A DNA stretch of 64,000 bases from assembly GCA_051294375.1 (NCBI GenBank), contig CM119271.1, positions 738,721 to 802,720 on the forward strand. Reading direction: 5' to 3'. This stretch comes from Paraspadella gotoi (Eukaryota > Animalia > Chaetognatha). Under the pieces are notes generated by a model. That model ran no database searches. It was not told the DNA's origin and saw only the letters and a program-made list of their open reading frames with translations. Below, piece by piece: positions 61,601 through 64,000 of this stretch. Position numbers and translations under genes: made by a program. The first letter of the stretch is position 1. Each line of letters opens with the position of its first letter.

Positions 61601-64000
61601 GTTGCTGTCCGATATTGTGATTTGCAATTCATTGGTTATACATGATTTTTCCAATGTGATTTACATGTATATGATATATCGTTTTTGTCTTCTCATGATT
61701 TTAAATTTTGACAATTAAAAAACAAAATATATTGAAAAAAAAAATAAAAAAAAAATAAAAAAATAAAAAAAAATAAAAAAATTACCAGCCGATTAATCTG
61801 ATATCTTTACTTGAGTCATAAAATAGATATGAGGTAAAGTAGGCTGGTTTGTTTTTTTTTTCTCCAATTGTTTTTTCTTTTTGCTGACCAACGTTTTATC
61901 GAATTTCGGGATTTCAAATTTTCCCAACTCTTCATGCTTTATCGATTCGCGTTCATTTTGACGAGTCCACACGTCTTTTCGAGCAAGGAGGGTGGAGGGC
62001 TGGGATAATGAATCGGTCATCCGATTTAAAAGTTCCCGCGTTTCCAATGACCAATTTAAACCTGGCGTATTTCCCCTCCCTCCTCATTTTGGCACGAGAT
62101 TGCAAATCGTGTCAAGGGAGAGCGTCCCACCCCCCACCCATTCCACTTTCCCGCGTATCTGATCGGCATTGTTTGGTTTTTCGGGTCTCAAATTTCGGAC
62201 GCGCAACACAATAGACCAGGATCACTCAGATCCTTACGTTCCCTGGGTGGAACTGCCCATGGTCCATCTTTGTCCTCTACATTTCGTCCCATCTCTGAGA
62301 GTCTTCGTGTCCACTGTCTCCGAAAATTTTCACACTCCCGCGCTCCGTTCTTGGCTCCATTTTCCCCCGGAGCGAATTTCGGGTTTCATGAAGTTTTCAG
62401 CAATCCCTCTCCGCTGTTTTCCCGATTCTCCTTTTCTCGACGGTCAGACAGTCGTTTTACGAAGGGGCCATATCATTGTTCTTTTCTGTCATGAATTCCC
62501 TTGGTAAACCGACTACATCCTTTTTCCCCTCCATCCGCAACAAATACATGATGTATCCCTTGCCAAGCGCGCGTCTTCCCACAAACTGCGCATCTTCTCT
62601 CCCCTCCCCCCACTCAAACTTCGTGTCGCAACTTCGACCGGAGCTATTGAGAAATAAAAACATAACAGGCTTGACCGCAGAGTCTTTCAACGCCGCGTGC
62701 GGCCCCACCCCCACCCCCACCCTTTCCCTAAGCGTTTACCCGCAATGCCGATCCCGCAGCGAGAAATTGAAATTATAAAAAAAAAAAAAAAAAAAACCTT
62801 TATCATCTCGCTATCAGAGCACGCGGTGGTTACTGTTTCGCTGGTTCAACGCTGTTCGAGGGCCCGAATTTAACGTTAACTCGCTGGGTGGTTATTCTTC
62901 GCCATTTTAAAATGGTCGCTATCCCATTATCAGTGAATGAAACGCGACCCAAAAAAAAAAAACTCTAGCCATGACTTCTGTTGTTTCAGATCTCGGACTC
63001 GGGAGTTTTTTGCTTTTCTTTCCACGCCCTCTCTATCGTTTTTTACCCCTTTTCATCACTCCGGTTCAGTAAATAACAACAAACAGCAGCCAGAGCATTC
63101 CACAACTTCCGTCCAATTTTGCGGACTGTGAAAAAGAAAAACCCGGCTTCTCTTTCTTCCTGAAAAAGAAATTGCTCTCGTAGGTGCAAATGGCCTTAAT
63201 TTTGTCATGCCGACAGACATAGTGTTTACTAAAAAAATTTTGATTTTTGCATTCCTGCAATATTCTCAATGTTTTTTGGGAAAACCTGCAATATATAGCT
63301 ATACTCTTCTCCCAACGGTAGCATGACAATCTGGAAAGCACTGCCATCCCAGCGAACATCGCCATCCCTTAACCCCTTCCCTAATACACGCTACAATTTC
63401 CGAGTCCTTTGATAAAAAAAAAGTGGACTAGTCTACGAGCCGATACAGTAAGATCTCCCAAAAAAGGCTTGCCGCCTCATTACAAAAAAAAGTTATCAAT
63501 CTCAAATTACAAATCGTGCCACGCGTCTCAAGTTCACCCATATAAAAAAAAAATACAATGAGAATTGAAGTCAAAATCTCCCACACTGGCATTTATGCTT
63601 AAGAAATTTTACAAGTATTTGTGGACAAGATCTCTGAAGAAAAAATACGAGCATGCCAAAGTCATCCTTGCTTTGTAGGAGCGAACACTGATAAATCGCT
63701 CCTTCGTCGATATTCCCACCCCCTGCCCTTACCTCCTTTACCAAGTCTCGAAATAGAGAGAGCAAAGAGCGCAAATAAGAGAAATTAAAAGAATTTGGGT
63801 ACTTCGTTATTATATTATTACTTACGTCGCTGTGGAAAAAAAAAGAATGAAATATTATCGTCGTATCGCTTCTTTTTTTTTTTAATTAAACGTTCGCTTC
63901 ATTTTTTAAAAATTGAAATTGATATTTGCCAAAATGATATTAAATGTGCTTGCTGCCACTTCATTGTTGAGCGTGATATGAAATCATATCATGTATTTTT

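Noticed and set aside
61793-63774. Short ORFs near the window end (e.g. 62457-62720 minus, 63571-63774 minus)
   Set aside because: No recognisable domain and no consistent exon chain could be built. The region may be UTR or intron of a neighbouring gene.

Overview
This is eukaryotic DNA, from an invertebrate metazoan judging by gene content, with GC-rich exons and AT-rich, transposon-laden introns. All seven genes I could reconstruct lie on the + strand. Five are tightly packed: DHX36 (intronless, 5'-truncated by the window), ADCK1, lunapark, ANKRD49 and RGP1. A 22-exon GW182/TNRC6 gene lies further downstream. The main surprise is a complete 9-exon, ~385-aa gene encoding four tandem divergent RRM-like repeats, nested on the SAME strand inside RGP1 intron 1, with splice phases that would allow chimeric isoforms with RGP1. 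A second notable feature is a family of short TSD-flanked insertions carrying minimal type I hammerhead ribozymes (one intact, about five decayed), resembling retrozymes or Penelope-like terminal repeats. Introns also hold nested non-autonomous elements: TA-TSD, TTAA-TSD, 8-bp-TSD and 7-bp-TSD MITEs, Helentron/DINE-1-like elements and tRNA-headed SINE-like elements. Two N gaps near 36.3 kb are flanked by an artefactual duplication. All exon boundaries were read by eye from GT-AG sites and reading frame. No searches were run.
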